A DNA stretch of 64,000 nt from Cyanophora paradoxa CCMP329. Lineage: Eukaryota; Plantae; Glaucophyta. Each line of letters starts with the position of its first letter. Position 1 is the first letter of the stretch. The stretch covers positions 1-64,000 of the forward strand of contig QPMI01000649.1 in NCBI GenBank assembly GCA_004431415.1, in the 5' to 3' direction. Of this stretch, positions 50,401-63,883 are shown in pieces. A model generated the notes under the pieces. The model was not told the DNA's origin. It did not search any database and was given only the letters and a program-made list of their open reading frames with translations. A program made the translations under genes and the position numbers.

Positions 50401-52840
50401 CCAGCTGGAACACGATGTGCTCGACGGGCACCAAGGTCCCCGCGTGCCCCACGTACGCCGCGGCGGTCAAGCCCCTCCTCACCACCGACGCCGTCCGCCC
50501 CGCCCCGCCCCGCCCCGCCCCCCCGCCCCGCCCGCCGCGCGCGTTCGAAGGCCGACGGCCGCGTCTGTCCGCCGCGCACGCAGGTGAACGCGCACGTGCT
50601 GGGCATCTGCGGCTCGCACTTCATGGACGGGTGCGACAAGTGCACCCTCGTCGGCAAGTACCTCCGCTGCGACACCTCGCCGTCTACGGACAGGCCCGCC
50701 GGCCCCCCCCCCCCCCGCCCGAGCCCTGCCCGCCTGACGCCGGCGGGGGGCGCAGCTCTGCGCGGCGATGCCCGAGATGCCGCAGTGCCAGGACTGGGCC
50801 GCGATGTGCTCCGCCGTGCGCCCCCGGCGCCGGGCCGCTCGCCCCCGCGCATCCCGCGCTCAGTCGGCGTGCGCAGACGCCCGGGGAGTGGCCCGAGTGG
50901 GGCTGCCCCTCCAAGGGCGGCGCGAGCCCGTCGGCCTCGTCGTTCCGCCCGGGGCCCTCCATGATCATGTACTTCCACACCGGTCCGCTCCGATCCGCCC
51001 CCGCCCGCCCCTCCAGCAGCCTGACGCCGCGGGCGGCCCCGCGCAGGGATCAACGAGTACATCCTCTTCAAGCAGTGGGTCCCCAAGACCGACGCCGAAT
51101 TCGTTCAGCCCGCCCTCCCCCTCCCCTCCGCCCTCCGCCCTCTCCCCCGCTCACGCCTCCCTCCACGGCAGGCGGGGGCCTGCCTCGCCCTCTTCTTCCT
51201 CGCCATGTTCCACGAGCTCCTCGTCGCCGGCCGCGCCCTCGCCGACCTCTGGGTGCCCGCCCCGCTTCATTCCCAATCAAGGAGTCTGGGCTCTTTTAGA
51301 TGTTAAGAAACACAAGGCATCTCAATTAAGAGGATTAGGCTCTAAATATACCTTAAGATACATAAGACCTTTAAGAGGATTAGGCTCTAAATACGATCCT
51401 CAAGAGATCAGGCTTCTAGACGCATAAGATCCTGGAAATGTCCTCTGATCGTCTGATCGACTGGGCCCTCGGGCCGCGCAGTCGGTGAACCGTGCGCGGC
51501 GGCGGCTGCGGATGGCGCGCCGCGCGGCGGCCTCCAAGGACGCGGAGGGCGGCGCCTGCCCGCCCCAGACCACCTTCCAGTGGTGGTCCCGCCCCCAGGT
51601 GAAGAAGCGCCCCAGCGCCCCGCTGACCTACCGGCCCCTGCTGACCGGCGCGGGCGCGGGCGCAGGCGCAGGCGGGTCCGGGGCCCGTGCTGGGCACGCC
51701 GGCGCCGGCGGTCGCGATGAAGGGCGTCGTCCAGTCGGAGGAGGCGGTCGACGCGAGCGGCGCCGTCGTCGCCGGCGTGCACGTCGTGCGCTCGCTCGCT
51801 CGCTCGCCCCCGCCCTGCTCCACAGCGAGCGGCGCTGAGGGCGCGCGCGCGGCGGTGCCGGCAGACCAAGGAGTCGTGCCCCTGCTCGGCCGCGGGGGCC
51901 GCCGGCAAGTGCATCAAGCTCAAGCCCGACCCGCTGTGCGCGCGCTCTCCCGCGCGCTCCTAATCTCCTCAGCTGCTCGCTGGGCGCTGAAGGGCGGGGC
52001 GGGGCGGCAGGGACCGCCCGGCGGCCGTCGCGCTGCTGACCGTCGCCCGCCGCTTTGGATTCCGCCTCGTCACCTCCGGCATCGGGTGCGCCCTGAGGAG
52101 AGACGTCCAATTGCAAGGGCGGTGGCGGTGGCAGGGATAGGATAGGGCAGCCAGCGGCTCCCCGCCCCCTCACAACCTGGCCTGCTCGGAGGAGAGACGT
52201 CCAGGGGCGGAGGCGGGGCTGGGGCAGGGATAGGGCAGCCACCGCTCCTCCGCCCCTGCCGCCCTCGTCCCTCCCCCCCCTCCCCCGCCCCCGCCCCCCC
52301 CCGCCCACCCCCCGCCTCCCTCCCTCCCCTCGCCCCCCCCTCCCCCGCCCTCCCTTCCCCCCCCCCCCCCCCCGGGACTCTAAAGCCCTCCGGGCCTCGT
52401 GCTTCCTCGTGGGCCCCCCTCACTCGCCCCGGCAGGTACTTCCTGATGCTCGTGGCGATGACGTACAACGCGGCGCTCTTCTGCTCCATCATCGCCGGCT
52501 TCGCCTTCGGCTCCATCGCCTTCGGCTGGATCCCCGAGTGGTGCGCCGGGGCGCTGAGAAGCTCGGGTTTAATATGCGTCAGAGGAGAAGCTCAGAAGCT
52601 TGTAGCTGTAGCTTACGCTTGTGGGGAAGAAGCTTCGCTTCACGTACTAGAAATGTTAGCCTTTAGAGTGGTGCGCGGGGCCCAGATCTAGAAGCCCGCG
52701 GCTTGATTCAGAGCTCGCTGGGGCTGTGAGCCGGGCTTGTTTTCTGACCTGGTGGGCGCAGGTACGCGCTGCAGGGGTACGGGGCCCCCGAGGACGATAT
52801 CATCCGCGGCGGCGTCGAGACGGAGGACTGCTGCACTTAA
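47434..52840 (+). CDS. Ctr-family copper transporter with three large Cys/Met-rich ectodomain repeats
   Basis: MIMYFHTG, YILFKQW, TM helix GACLALFFLAMFHE, YFLMLVAMTYN (MxxxM), GxxxG and C-terminal CC. Repeated LCxAMxxMxxC motifs. Confidence 0.88.
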
Positions 52841-53212
52841 AAATATATAACTACACGCGTCGTCTCTTTAACCTAATGATCTATTTGATGCAGCAAGATG
52901 GATTATTTCTCGATGCACTCAGTGGCTCTGTGTTTTGCAGGCTTGCTTATATTCGACATGTGGTTTTCTCTTCAGGGCTCCAGTTGTAGAGCCTGGTATA
53001 GTATTTTTGTTCCAGTGCTAGTATTGGAGGTGGTGACGGCGATTCTTTTTCATTTCTCTGCCAGACTCCATTCAGATTTAATTTAAAAAACTCTCAATCT
53101 TGATCCGACGACGCGCCCCGGGCCCCTTTCCCTGGTCGATCACGGTCTGCATGTTGCCCATGCTGCCGGTCTGGGCCGGCGGTGCTCGGCAGTCGACGAG
53201 CACCCCAGAGAC

Positions 53213-53218
53213 GGGGGG

Positions 53219-53280
<62 letters not shown>
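53213..53280 (+). repeat. Poly-G tract (about 60 nt)
   Basis: Seen directly; its length is unreliable. Confidence 0.9.
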
Positions 53281-53281
<1 letters not shown>

Positions 53282-53932
53282 TATCGATGTGGCTCGTGCA
53301 CGTACGCGTGGTACTCTTTTAGAAAAAGGCCCGCGCGCGCCGGTTGACGACAAGAGGGGCGCCTAATCTGCAGGAGCTGTGCGCGGTTCTAGGGCGGTAA
53401 CACTCGGGCTCAGGCGGCCTGCGCATGCCGCTGATCATGATCGGCCTGGCGCGCGGGCGGCGAGGAAGCGAGGGCGCGCCGCGGGGTCGGCCTGGACGAT
53501 ATCGATCGCGAGGAGCGCCGCGAACCTGGCCGCAGCCGCGGCGTTGGCCGCGGCGTGGGTGTCCTCCGTCGACGTCGGGGCAGTGGCGGATGCATATGTC
53601 CTCCGGGGGCGGGGGCTTCTTCGCGCGCCTTCTTAAGCTTCGATTCGTGCCCTCCGGGATCCAGTACTTCGAATTCGTACGTATCCCACGTGCACATCTA
53701 TATTATCAGTTTATCACCGTGCGATCATGCAGGTAAAAGCGAGGGGCTTGATTATAATTATTCAATACCGTAGTACGCTAAGCCTTGCCGCAGTACCGTT
53801 CGTGATCAGCATCGTCACGGATCCCCGGAAGAGATCACGCTAACGTTGGCATGCATATGTCCATGGACCGGAGGCACCGCGCGCGGGCGGCCGACGACGC
53901 CAACGCGAACGTTTAACGGCGGATCTGATCTG

Positions 53933-56900
53933 AGGTCAAGCCGCAGCTCAGCGAGGATGGGAAGTACGAGCGTTGGCGCGTCTTTGATGTGAAGCTCCCC
54001 TTGGATGCTGACGAAGCCACGGAGCTCCAGCGCCAGGTTCGCGTCCGCCCGATTCTTTCGATCAGCGGGGTCTTTCGCATCCCGCCTCCGGTCCTCTGCA
54101 GTGCAGCATCTTAAGATCGATCGAACCGTTAGCTACGATGCACAGACAACCTGTAGAAGCGCTTTCGAACCGCCGCGCCCCCTAGAGGAAGCGCTTGCCC
54201 CGCCTCGCGCGCCGGCGCCCGCACTGGCTTGGCAGAATCCTCTCTGACCCGCCGCGCCCTCTCGGCGCACCCGCAGGTCGTTGCCCGGGTTTCCCCGTGC
54301 GCGCTCTCGCCCGGCTCCATCAAGGACATGCGGAACATGAAGATCGTCCGCCGCGCATTCGACGCTCGGAAAGAGGAGTGCAAGTGGACATACGTAGGCA
54401 AGCGAGCCGCCAGCCGCGGGCCGCTCCGACCGCCCACCATGGCCCGCACGCCGCTAAACGCGGCGTCTCCGTGCGCAGTCGACGTCGACATGCCCGCGGC
54501 TGCGCGGCTGCGGGAGCGGCAGAACCGCACTGCGCCCGCGCCGCCGCCCAACGTGCAGCCCTCTTCGCGCGTCGGCGAGGGGCACACGGGGGAGCGCGTG
54601 GTGGTGGTCGGGGCCGGCCCCGCCGGCCTGGTGCGCCCCGCCGTACCCCGTTTCGCACCTCTGGCGGCGCCGACGGGGTGCGCAGTTCGCGGCGCTTCGG
54701 CTGGCGCGGGCGGGCCTTAAGGTGACGCTGCTGGACCGCGGCAAGCCCGTCGAAAGGCGCGGCGCCGACATCGGATCGCTCTTCCACCGCGCCAAGGTCC
54801 TTCATGGCACACGTACCCCCCTCGCCGCCTCGTTGACGCACCCGACGCAGCTCAACGCGGAGTCGAACCTCTGCTACGGCGGTGCACGCTGTACCCCCCT
54901 GCGCCTCGCCCTTCCTTCCTCACCCGTATCCCCTCTCAGAGGGCGGGGCCGGCACCTGGTCCGACGGGAAGCTCACGACGCGCGTGCACGCGGGCGAGGT
55001 CCGTTGCCGTACCCCTCCTACGCTGCGCCGTCCCCCCTCCGATCTTTCCCGTACCCCACGCAGGTGCGGACGGTCCTGGAGACGCTGGTGGAGTTCGGGG
55101 CCCCCGAGCACATCCTCACGGAGGGCAAGCCCCACCTGGGTACGCCTTTACGCCTCTCTGCGCCCCCTCGCCCCCCGCGGGCCGGTCTAACCGTCCGCCC
55201 GCCCGCTTCCCCGCTCGCCCCGGCGCGCCGCGCCGCAGGGACGGACCGGCTGGTGAAGATCCTGAAGGGCTTCCGGGCGGCCCTGCTCGAGCTCGGCGTC
55301 GACGTTCGGTGCGCCCGCGCCCCACCCCGTCACGCACCCGGCGGCCCGCTGCCCCGCGGAGACGACTTAGGAAAGGCTACGAGGCTTCAATCTGGTCCAA
55401 GCCGCTCTAAAGAGCCCTCCACCCTCGCAGGTTCGACTCGCGGATGGAGGACCTGGAGGTGGGCCCCGACGGGGCCGTCCGCGGCGTCGCCGTCTCCCGC
55501 ACCGGGCCCGACGGGTGCGCCCCCCCCCCCCCCCCGCCCCCCCCCCCCCTCCTCTCCTCTCTGACCTCGCTCGATCCGGAAGGGAGTCGTACCCTGTGGA
55601 GCACTCCCGGCCGACCGCGTCGTCCTCGCGGTGCGCTGAACTTGGAGAGAGGGAGGGAGGGCGTGAGCTCTTGAAGCCGGCCGCCCTCTGTTCCTCGCTC
55701 TGAGGCGGTGCCTGCCGCCCCCTCGGCGCAGGTGGGCCACTCGGCGCGGGACGTGTACGAGCGCCTCCGCGAGCGCGGCGTCGCCATCGCCCCAAGGCCT
55801 TCGGTCCGCCCCCGCCCCGCCCCGCCCCGCCCCGCCCCCCCCCCCCCCCCCCCCTCTCTTTCCCCGCGCCCTCCTATCCCCACCCTTCCGCGCCTTCGCT
55901 TCGACCTCGTGCGGACCCGCCATTCGTCTCAACCCCATGCGCCCTGCCTGCCCCCCCCCCCCCCCCCCCCCCAGCCCCCGCCGCCCCGCCCCTTCCATCC
56001 CTTCTCCCCCCCCCTTCCCACGCCCCCCCCTCCCTCCCCCCCTTTCCCCCTCACATTCCGACGCCCGGGCGCCCCGTCGCAGCGGTGGGCTTCCGGATCG
56101 AGCACCCGCAGGAGCTCATCAACCGCATTCAGTACGGCGCCCAGGCCGCCCACCCCGCCGTCCCCGTCGGCGCGCCTTTCTTCCCCGCCATCCCGGCCCC
56201 CGCCCCCCTTTAAGACTCGCGCCTCGACCCGCAGCGGACTACCGGCTGGCGACGCAGGTGGAGGACGGACGGGGCGAGGAGCGCGCCGTCTACTCCTTCT
56301 GCATGTGCCCCGGCGGCCAGGTACGTCCGACCCCTCGATCCATGCATCCATCTCTCTGCAGCTGCAGCTGTCGCCTCACGCGGCGCGGGGCGGGGCGCGC
56401 CGGGCAGATCGTGGTGACGAGCACGACGGAGGAGGAGCTCTGCCTCAACGGAATGTCCTTCTCCCGCCGCGACTCCCGCTGGGCAAACTCCGCCCTCGTC
56501 CGCCCGCCCCGCCACGCCCCGCCCCGCCCCGCCCCACCCCGCCCCGCCCCGCCCCGCCCCGCCCCGGATCGGTTCTTGATCCGCGGCCGGCCGCAGGTGG
56601 TCTCGGTGGCGCCGGGGGACTTCGCGGAGTGGGGCGGGGCCGACCCCCAGGACCCGTGCGCCCCCGGGGCCAGCGAGACGGGCCCGGGCCGGCTAACCCG
56701 CGGCCGGGCAGGCTGGCGGGGGTGGCGTTCCAGCGGGCCATGGAGCGCAAGGCGGCGGCCCTCGGCGGCGGTGCGCGCCGGCGTCTAGAGGCGGGGGAGG
56801 CGGGCGGGCTCACCAGGGCGGGGGGCGGGGCAGGGGCCTTCCGGGCGCCGGCGCAGCTGGCGACGGACTTCATGGAGGGGCGCCCCTCCCAAGAGCTCCC

Positions 56901-57784
56901 AAGACCAGGTCCGTAGATGCCAAGTATAAGTATAGAATCTGTAGCTCACCCATAGAGAGTCGACCGCTAATTATAAGTATAGAATCTGTAGCTCACCCTA
57001 AGTAAGAGTCTATAGAAGCAATCCTCAAGGGGCCACCATAGAAGCCATGTAGAATCTCCGCATCCGGCCAGGCCGCGCGGTCGACTGACCGCGGCCGGCC
57101 GGGGCCGGGGCGGGGCGGGGCGGCAGCTACCGGCTGGGGGTCGCCTCGCAGCGCTGCGACGAGATCTTCGCCCCGCCCGTCACAGAGGTCCCCCCCCCCC
57201 CCCCCCCCCCCCCCGGGGCTCTCCGGCTCGGCTCCTCGGGCCGACGGGCGGGCGGCAGGCGCTGAGGGCGGCGCTCCTCCGCTTCGACCGCTCCATGCCG
57301 GGGTGCGCCCTCGAGGGGGCGGGGCGGGGCCTAGGCCTTGGCAGGCGACTGCGGGTCCCGGCCCCGGCCCCGGCCTCGAGCTCGCCCGGACGGCCCCCGA
57401 TCGACCGGGCGGCGCGCAGGTTCCTGTGCGAGCACGCGGTGCTCCACGGCGTCGAGACCCGCACCAGCGCCCCCGTCCAGGCCCGCACGTACCCCCCTCC
57501 GTCGACGTCCCTTCTCTGCTGTACCCCCTCCCTCCCTCCCCCCTCACGCCCCGCCGCGCGCGCCCGCAGATCACGCGGGACGGGGCGAGCCTGCAGTCCC
57601 TCTCGACGCCGGGCCTGTACCCCTCCGGAGAGGTGCCCCGCCGTGCTTCGGAGATCCGGTGCCCGTCTCATTCGATGGGCATGCGCAGGGGGCGGGGTAC
57701 GCGGGGGGGATCGTCTCGGCGGCGGTGGACGGGCTGCGGATCGCGGAGCGCATAGTCGCGGAGCTCGCTCCCTCCCCGGTTTAG
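53933..57784 (+). pseudogene. Second copy of the FAD oxidoreductase, lacking promoter, exon 1 and transit peptide
   Basis: The duplication breakpoint falls inside exon 2. Confidence 0.8.
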
Positions 57785-58447
57785 CGTCCGGCAGCCGTAA
57801 ACGAAGCCCCGCGCGCGATATCGATCGATGCCGTGCGGTCCGTGATCATGATGCGATATACATCACGATGACTCAGTCCTTGAGGGCGTTGACGCCGATG
57901 GAACGCCGCTCGCGTAAGCATGCGCACGTGCGCGTGCGCGGCGCAGTCGACTTCGCAATTGGATCCGATGATCCGATGATCGCGATATCGATATCGACCG
58001 ATATCGAGTCGGCGATCTGATCATGCATATGAGAGGCGCCGGCTTAAGCTTTGAGAGCTCGAAAGAGTTCTAGTCGCCGAGTCGACGTCGAGGCGGGCCG
58101 GGCCGCGGCCGATTATCGGAATTCGAAGATAATCGGCGACGTCGACGGCTGGCGTATGCCAGCTGCAGTATGTTACGGTATACGTATATATGTACAAGTA
58201 CACGCGCGCGTACGCGTACGTGCGCGTTGTTGTTGCTGTGAAGCGCTTGAAGCCAGAACTTGAAGAGCCGGTGGCGGCCGCGGATTCAATCGCTGTGCCA
58301 ATGGGGGGTACTGGAGAGCCGGGCGGAGGGGGGGGAGAAGGTCGGTGCCGACTCACGCCCTGAGCTGTCGCTTAGCTGCCTCTGCTCCAGTGCCGGGAGC
58401 GCGTGCTCCGGGAATCCGGGATCCTCGCGGGCATAAAGCAGCAGCAC

Positions 58448-61400
58448 ATGCGGCTCGACGGGAGGGTACGCGCTGGCTCGGCGGCTGCGCCTCGCGCGGG
58501 CCGTGCTGGTCCGGGGACGCTCGCCCTACGGGCCTGCGTCGTGGCGGCGCTGGTCTACGCGGCAGCCGCGCAGATGTCGATGCCGATGGGCTCGTGGGTG
58601 CCGAGCAACGACGCGTGCGTCGTGAACCCGGGGAGCGACACCTGCACGAACTACGTCCTCACGACGCCGACGGCCAACGCGGACCTTAACAACCTCTGCA
58701 CGGCGATGAGCTTCATGTGCGGCCGCTTTCCCGGCGCCGCAGCGTCGCGCGCGCTGCCTTCGCGCACGCCCACGGAGCCCGTCGATCGACTTCATTGATC
58801 GCGCTGCCGCGCAGGGTCGGCTGCTCCGTGCGCTCGGCGTGCTACGAACGCGTCAACTCCGCCGGGGTCGCCCTCTGCGATCCGGTCGGCCCGCTCGCAG
58901 CGATCTGCTCGAACGACGGGTGCGCCGCGTCGGCCTCCGCCGGCCCGCGCGCGTCCCCCACGCTCCCTGACGCGTCCGGCCGGCGCGCAGCACCATGTAC
59001 AAGATGCAGGGGTGCGGCAACTGGAACCGCATGTGCAACATGACCGCGCCGACGTCGTCCCAGGTCGCGTCGGTACGCCGCCGCACATTTGATCCCGCCG
59101 CGGCGCCGCCGGGCGCGCGCCCCGTGACGCGGAGCCGGCGCGCCAGTGCTCCTACTACGCGAACGCGGCGAAGCCCCTGCTCTCCACCTCGATCGTGCGC
59201 GCCCGCTGTACCCCCGCCCTCCTCCCCCTCCACCCCCCTCCCGCCCCGCCCCTGCCTTCCGACCGCCCCGGCCCGCGCGCGCAGGTCAATGCCCAAGTGC
59301 AGGCGATCTGCAACGACCACTATATGGCCGAGTGCGTCGCCCGAGCCCTTCCGCCCGCGTGCCGCGCCGCGCCGCCCCGGCTGATCCGCCCCGGCAGCTG
59401 CGACCTGTGCATGCCGAAGAAGGTCGGCGAGTGGCTCCGCTGCGATATCATGTCCGTCTACGGAAAGGTGCCTAAGTTTCCTTTCCTTCTGCTGCCCCCG
59501 GCGGGCCCCTCCGCCCCCCGCGCCGTCCCTCGAGCGCCCCCTCCTTCCGCAGCTCTGCGCCGCCATGCCCGAGATGCCGCAGTGCTCCTACTGGTCCACC
59601 TCCTGCGCCGCCGTGCGCCCGCCCGCCCGCCCCCGGCTCAACCCCGCTCACCATCACCTCCCTGCCGGGCAGCTCCCCGGGGCGTGGCCCGAGTTCGGGT
59701 GCCCCGAAAAGACCGCCGCCTCTTCGTCCACGACGACCTCCGCGACCGCCGCGGGCACGACGGGCGTCCTCACCTGGGCGCCCCTCGCCGCGCCCTGCCT
59801 CGCCAACCCCTCCGCGGTCCGTGCCGCTCCGTTGCCGGCCCCCACCGCCTCCCTCACGCCCGCCCGCCCGCCCGCCCCCCTCGCAGGCGGACTGCGCGCC
59901 GTACATGCTCCCCGCCGCGACTGTTAAGGCCGACACCGACAACCTCTGCCAGGCCATGTCCTTCATGCGCGCCGCACCCCTCCGCCTGCCTCCCCAGCAG
60001 CGACCTCAGCTGGTCCTGATCGACCGCACCGCAGGGTCGGGTGCTCGCTGCGCAGCGCGTGCGCCGCGAAGGGCACCGCCGCGTCGGGCGTCGCGACGTG
60101 CGACGCGGCGGCGCCCATGGCCGCCGTCTGCGCCAACGACGGGTGCGGGCGCGGCCCTCTTGGCCACCTAACTACCTACCCCTGGCCTCCTCCTCTTCCT
60201 CACGCGGCGCGGCGGGCGGGCAGGATGATGAGCAGGATGCAGGGGTGCGGCAACTGGAACCGCATGTGCAACGCCACGGCGGGCAGCGTCGTCGCCGCCG
60301 TGCGTCCTGGCCCCGCCCTGAGGGCTAGATCTAGACCCGGGCCTCCCTTGGAGCCGAGCCGAGCCCGGGCTTGACTCCGGATCCGCGGCCCGCCTGCAGT
60401 GCGCGAACCTCACGGCGACCACAAAGGCCCTCCCGACCTCCGACGCGGTGCGTGCCGTCGCCTCTCTGTCTGGTTGTTTGCACGCGGGGCCGGGCTCCCG
60501 GCGGCTTGTGGCGTCTCCTGATCGCTCCGCGCAGGTCAACGGGTTCGTTCAGGCGATCTGCGCTAACGACAGCTCCCTCGCCGGGTCCGCTTCTGTTTCG
60601 GCCCCGCTCTCGCAGCGGCCGCCGACGCCGACCGCGCCCCGCGCCCCGCGCCCCGCGGCCGCAGCTGCTCGGACTGCCCCAAGGTCGGCGCCTGGCTCCG
60701 CTGCGACATCATGAAGACGTACGGCAAGGTCCGTCCGTCCGGGCGCTGTGTCTTGGACGCCGCGCGTTGTATCTGAAGCGCCGGGGGCGCAGCTGTGCGC
60801 CCAGCGGCCCGGCATGCCGCAGTGCGCGTCCTGGGCCTCGACCTGCGAGGCCGTGCGCCCGCCCCGCCCCGCCCCCGCGCTCACTTAAAAACGAGACGCG
60901 CCTGACGCGGGGCGCGCCGACGCAGCTGCCCGGCAACTGGCCCGAGTTCAGCTGCCCGACCAAGGCGGCCACGTCCGTCGTGGCGGCGACCGACGCCTGC
61001 ATCAAGGACCCCACCCAGGTGCCTCGATTTCAAGCGCTCATAATCTTATAAGAATGTACCTGAGCCGCCGACTTCTTCCTTTGCCGCAGGCGTCGTGCTC
61101 GTCCTACGTCATGCCCGCCTCGACGGTCGCCGCCGGCATCGACTCCCTCTGCACCGCCATGCCCTTCATGTCCGCTGATTTGATCCCTCGTCCGCGGCCG
61201 CCGGCGCCTCCCTCCCGCTCTGAACGAAGGCCAGGGTCGGGTGCTCGCTGAAGACGGCGTGCGCGGCGCGCTCGGCGGGCGGGAGCGGCGCCCTGTGCGA
61301 CCCCATCGCGCCCATGGCCGCCGTCTGCTCCAACGACGGGTGCGGGGGGGCCGGGCCCGCCCCCAGGCCATCCCGCTGACGCGCGCCGCGCGCCCCCAGG

Positions 61401-63883
61401 ACGATGTACAAGATGCAGGGGTGCGCCAGCTGGAACACGATGTGCTCGACGGGCACCAAGGTCCCCGCGTGCCCCACGTACGCCGCGGCGGTCAAGCCCC
61501 TCCTCACCACCGACGCCGTCCGCCCCGCCCCGCCCCGCCCCGCCCCCCCGCCCCGCCCGCCGCGCGCGTTCGAAGGCCGACGGCCGCGTCTGTCCGCCGC
61601 GCACGCAGGTGAACGCGCACGTGCTGGGCATCTGCGGCTCGCACTTCATGGACGGGTGCGACAAGTGCACCCTCGTCGGCAAGTACCTCCGCTGCGACAC
61701 CCTCGCCGTCTACGGACAGGCCCGCCGGCCCCCCCCCCCCCGCCCGAGCCCTGCCCGCCTGACGCCGGCGGGGGGCGCAGCTCTGCGCGGCGATGCCCGA
61801 GATGCCGCAGTGCCAGGACTGGGCCGCGATGTGCTCCGCCGTGCGCCCCCGGCGCCGGGCCGCTCGCCCCCGCGCATCCCGCGCTCAGTCGGCGTGCGCA
61901 GACGCCCGGGGAGTGGCCCGAGTGGGGCTGCCCCTCCAAGGGCGGCGCGAGCCCGTCGGCCTCGTCGTTCCGCCCGGGGCCCTCCATGATCATGTACTTC
62001 CACACCGGTCCGCTCCGATCCGCCCCCGCCCGCCCCTCCAGCAGCCTGACGCCGCGGGCGGCCCCGCGCAGGGATCAACGAGTACATCCTCTTCAAGCAG
62101 TGGGTCCCCAAGACCGACGCCGAATTCGTTCAGCCCGCCCCTCCCCCCTCCCCTCCGCCCCTCCGCCCCTCTCCCCCGCTCACGCCTCCCTCCACGGCAG
62201 GCGGGGGCCTGCCTCGCCCTCTTCTTCCTCGCCATGTTCCACGAGCTCCTCGTCGCCGGCCGCGCCCTCGCCGACCTCTGGGTGCCCGCCCCGCTTCATT
62301 CCCAATCAAGGAGTCTGGGCTCTTTTAGATGTTAAGAAACACAAGGCATCTCAATTAAGAGGATTAGGCTCTAAATATACCTTAAGATACATAAGACCTT
62401 TAAGAGGATTAGGCTCTAAATACGATCCTCAAGAGATCAGGCTTCTAGACGCATAAGATCCTGGAAATGTCCTCTGATCGTCTGATCGACTGGGCCCTCG
62501 GGCCGCGCAGTCGGTGAACCGTGCGCGGCGGCGGCTGCGGATGGCGCGCCGCGCGGCGGCCTCCAAGGACGCGGAGGGCGGCGCCTGCCCGCCCCAGACC
62601 ACCTTCCAGTGGTGGTCCCGCCCCCAGGTGAAGAAGCGCCCCAGCGCCCCGCTGACCTACCGGCCCCTGCTGACCGGCGCGGGCGCGGGCGCAGGCGCAG
62701 GCGGGTCCGGGGCCCGTGCTGGGCACGCCGGCGCCGGCGGTCGCGATGAAGGGCGTCGTCCAGTCGGAGGAGGCGGTCGACGCGAGCGGCGCCGTCGTCG
62801 CCGGCGTGCACGTCGTGCGCTCGCTCGCTCGCTCGCCCCCGCCCTGCTCCACAGCGAGCGGCGCTGAGGGCGCGCGCGCGGCGGTGCCGGCAGACCAAGG
62901 AGTCGTGCCCCTGCTCGGCCGCGGGGGCCGCCGGCAAGTGCATCAAGCTCAAGCCCGACCCGCTGTGCGCGCGCTCTCCCGCGCGCTCCTAATCTCCTCA
63001 GCTGCTCGCTGGGCGCTGAAGGGCGGGGCGGGGCGGCAGGGACCGCCCGGCGGCCGTCGCGCTGCTGACCGTCGCCCGCCGCTTTGGATTCCGCCTCGTC
63101 ACCTCCGGCATCGGGTGCGCCCTGAGGAGAGACGTCCAATTGCAAGGGCGGTGGCGGTGGCAGGGATAGGATAGGGCAGCCAGCGGCTCCCCCGCCCCCT
63201 CACAACCTGGCCTGCTCGGAGGAGAGACGTCCAGGGGCGGAGGCGGGGGCTGGGGCAGGGATAGGGCAGCCACCGGCTCCTCCGCCCCCTGCCGCCCTCG
63301 TCCCTCCCCCCCCCTCCCCCCGCCCCGCCCCCCCTCCCGCCCCACCCCCGCCCTCCCCTCCCCTCCCCTCGCCCCCCCCTCCCCGCCCCTCCCCTTCCCC
63401 CCCTCCCCCCCCCCCGGGACTCTAAAGCCCTCCGGGCCTCGTGCTTCCTCGTGGGCCCCCCTCACTCGCCCCGGCAGGTACTTCCTGATGCTCGTGGCGA
63501 TGACGTACAACGCGGCGCTCTTCTGCTCCATCATCGCCGGCTTCGCCTTCGGCTCCATCGCCTTCGGCTGGATCCCCGAGTGGTGCGCCGGGGCGCTGAG
63601 AAGCTCGGGTTTAATATGCGTCAGAGGAGAAGCTCAGAAGCTTGTAGCTGTAGCTTACGCTTGTGGGGAAGAAGCTTCGCTTCACGTACTAGAAATGTTA
63701 GCCTTTAGAGTGGTGCGCGGGGGCCCAGATCTAGAAGCCCGCGGCTTGATTCAGAGCTCGCTGGGGCTGTGAGCCGGGCTTGTTTTCTGACCTGGTGGGC
63801 GCAGGTACGCGCTGCAGGGGTACGGGGCCCCCGAGGACGATATCATCCGCGGCGGCGTCGAGACGGAGGACTGCTGCACTTAA
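58448..63883 (+). CDS. Ctr-family copper transporter, complete second copy
   Basis: Same exons as 47434-52840, from MRLDGRV to ETEDCCT*. Confidence 0.85.

Larger units (their letters stand above)
42889..53932. repeat. Tandem segmental duplication, unit 1 (about 11.04 kb)
   Basis: The sequence from 42889 (AGGTCAAGCCGCAGCTC) recurs from 53933 almost identically, introns included. Confidence 0.93.

Noticed and set aside
53078-53700. Poly-Pro/poly-Gly ORFs around the G tract
   Set aside because: They depend on an unreliable homopolymer and no domain was recognised.
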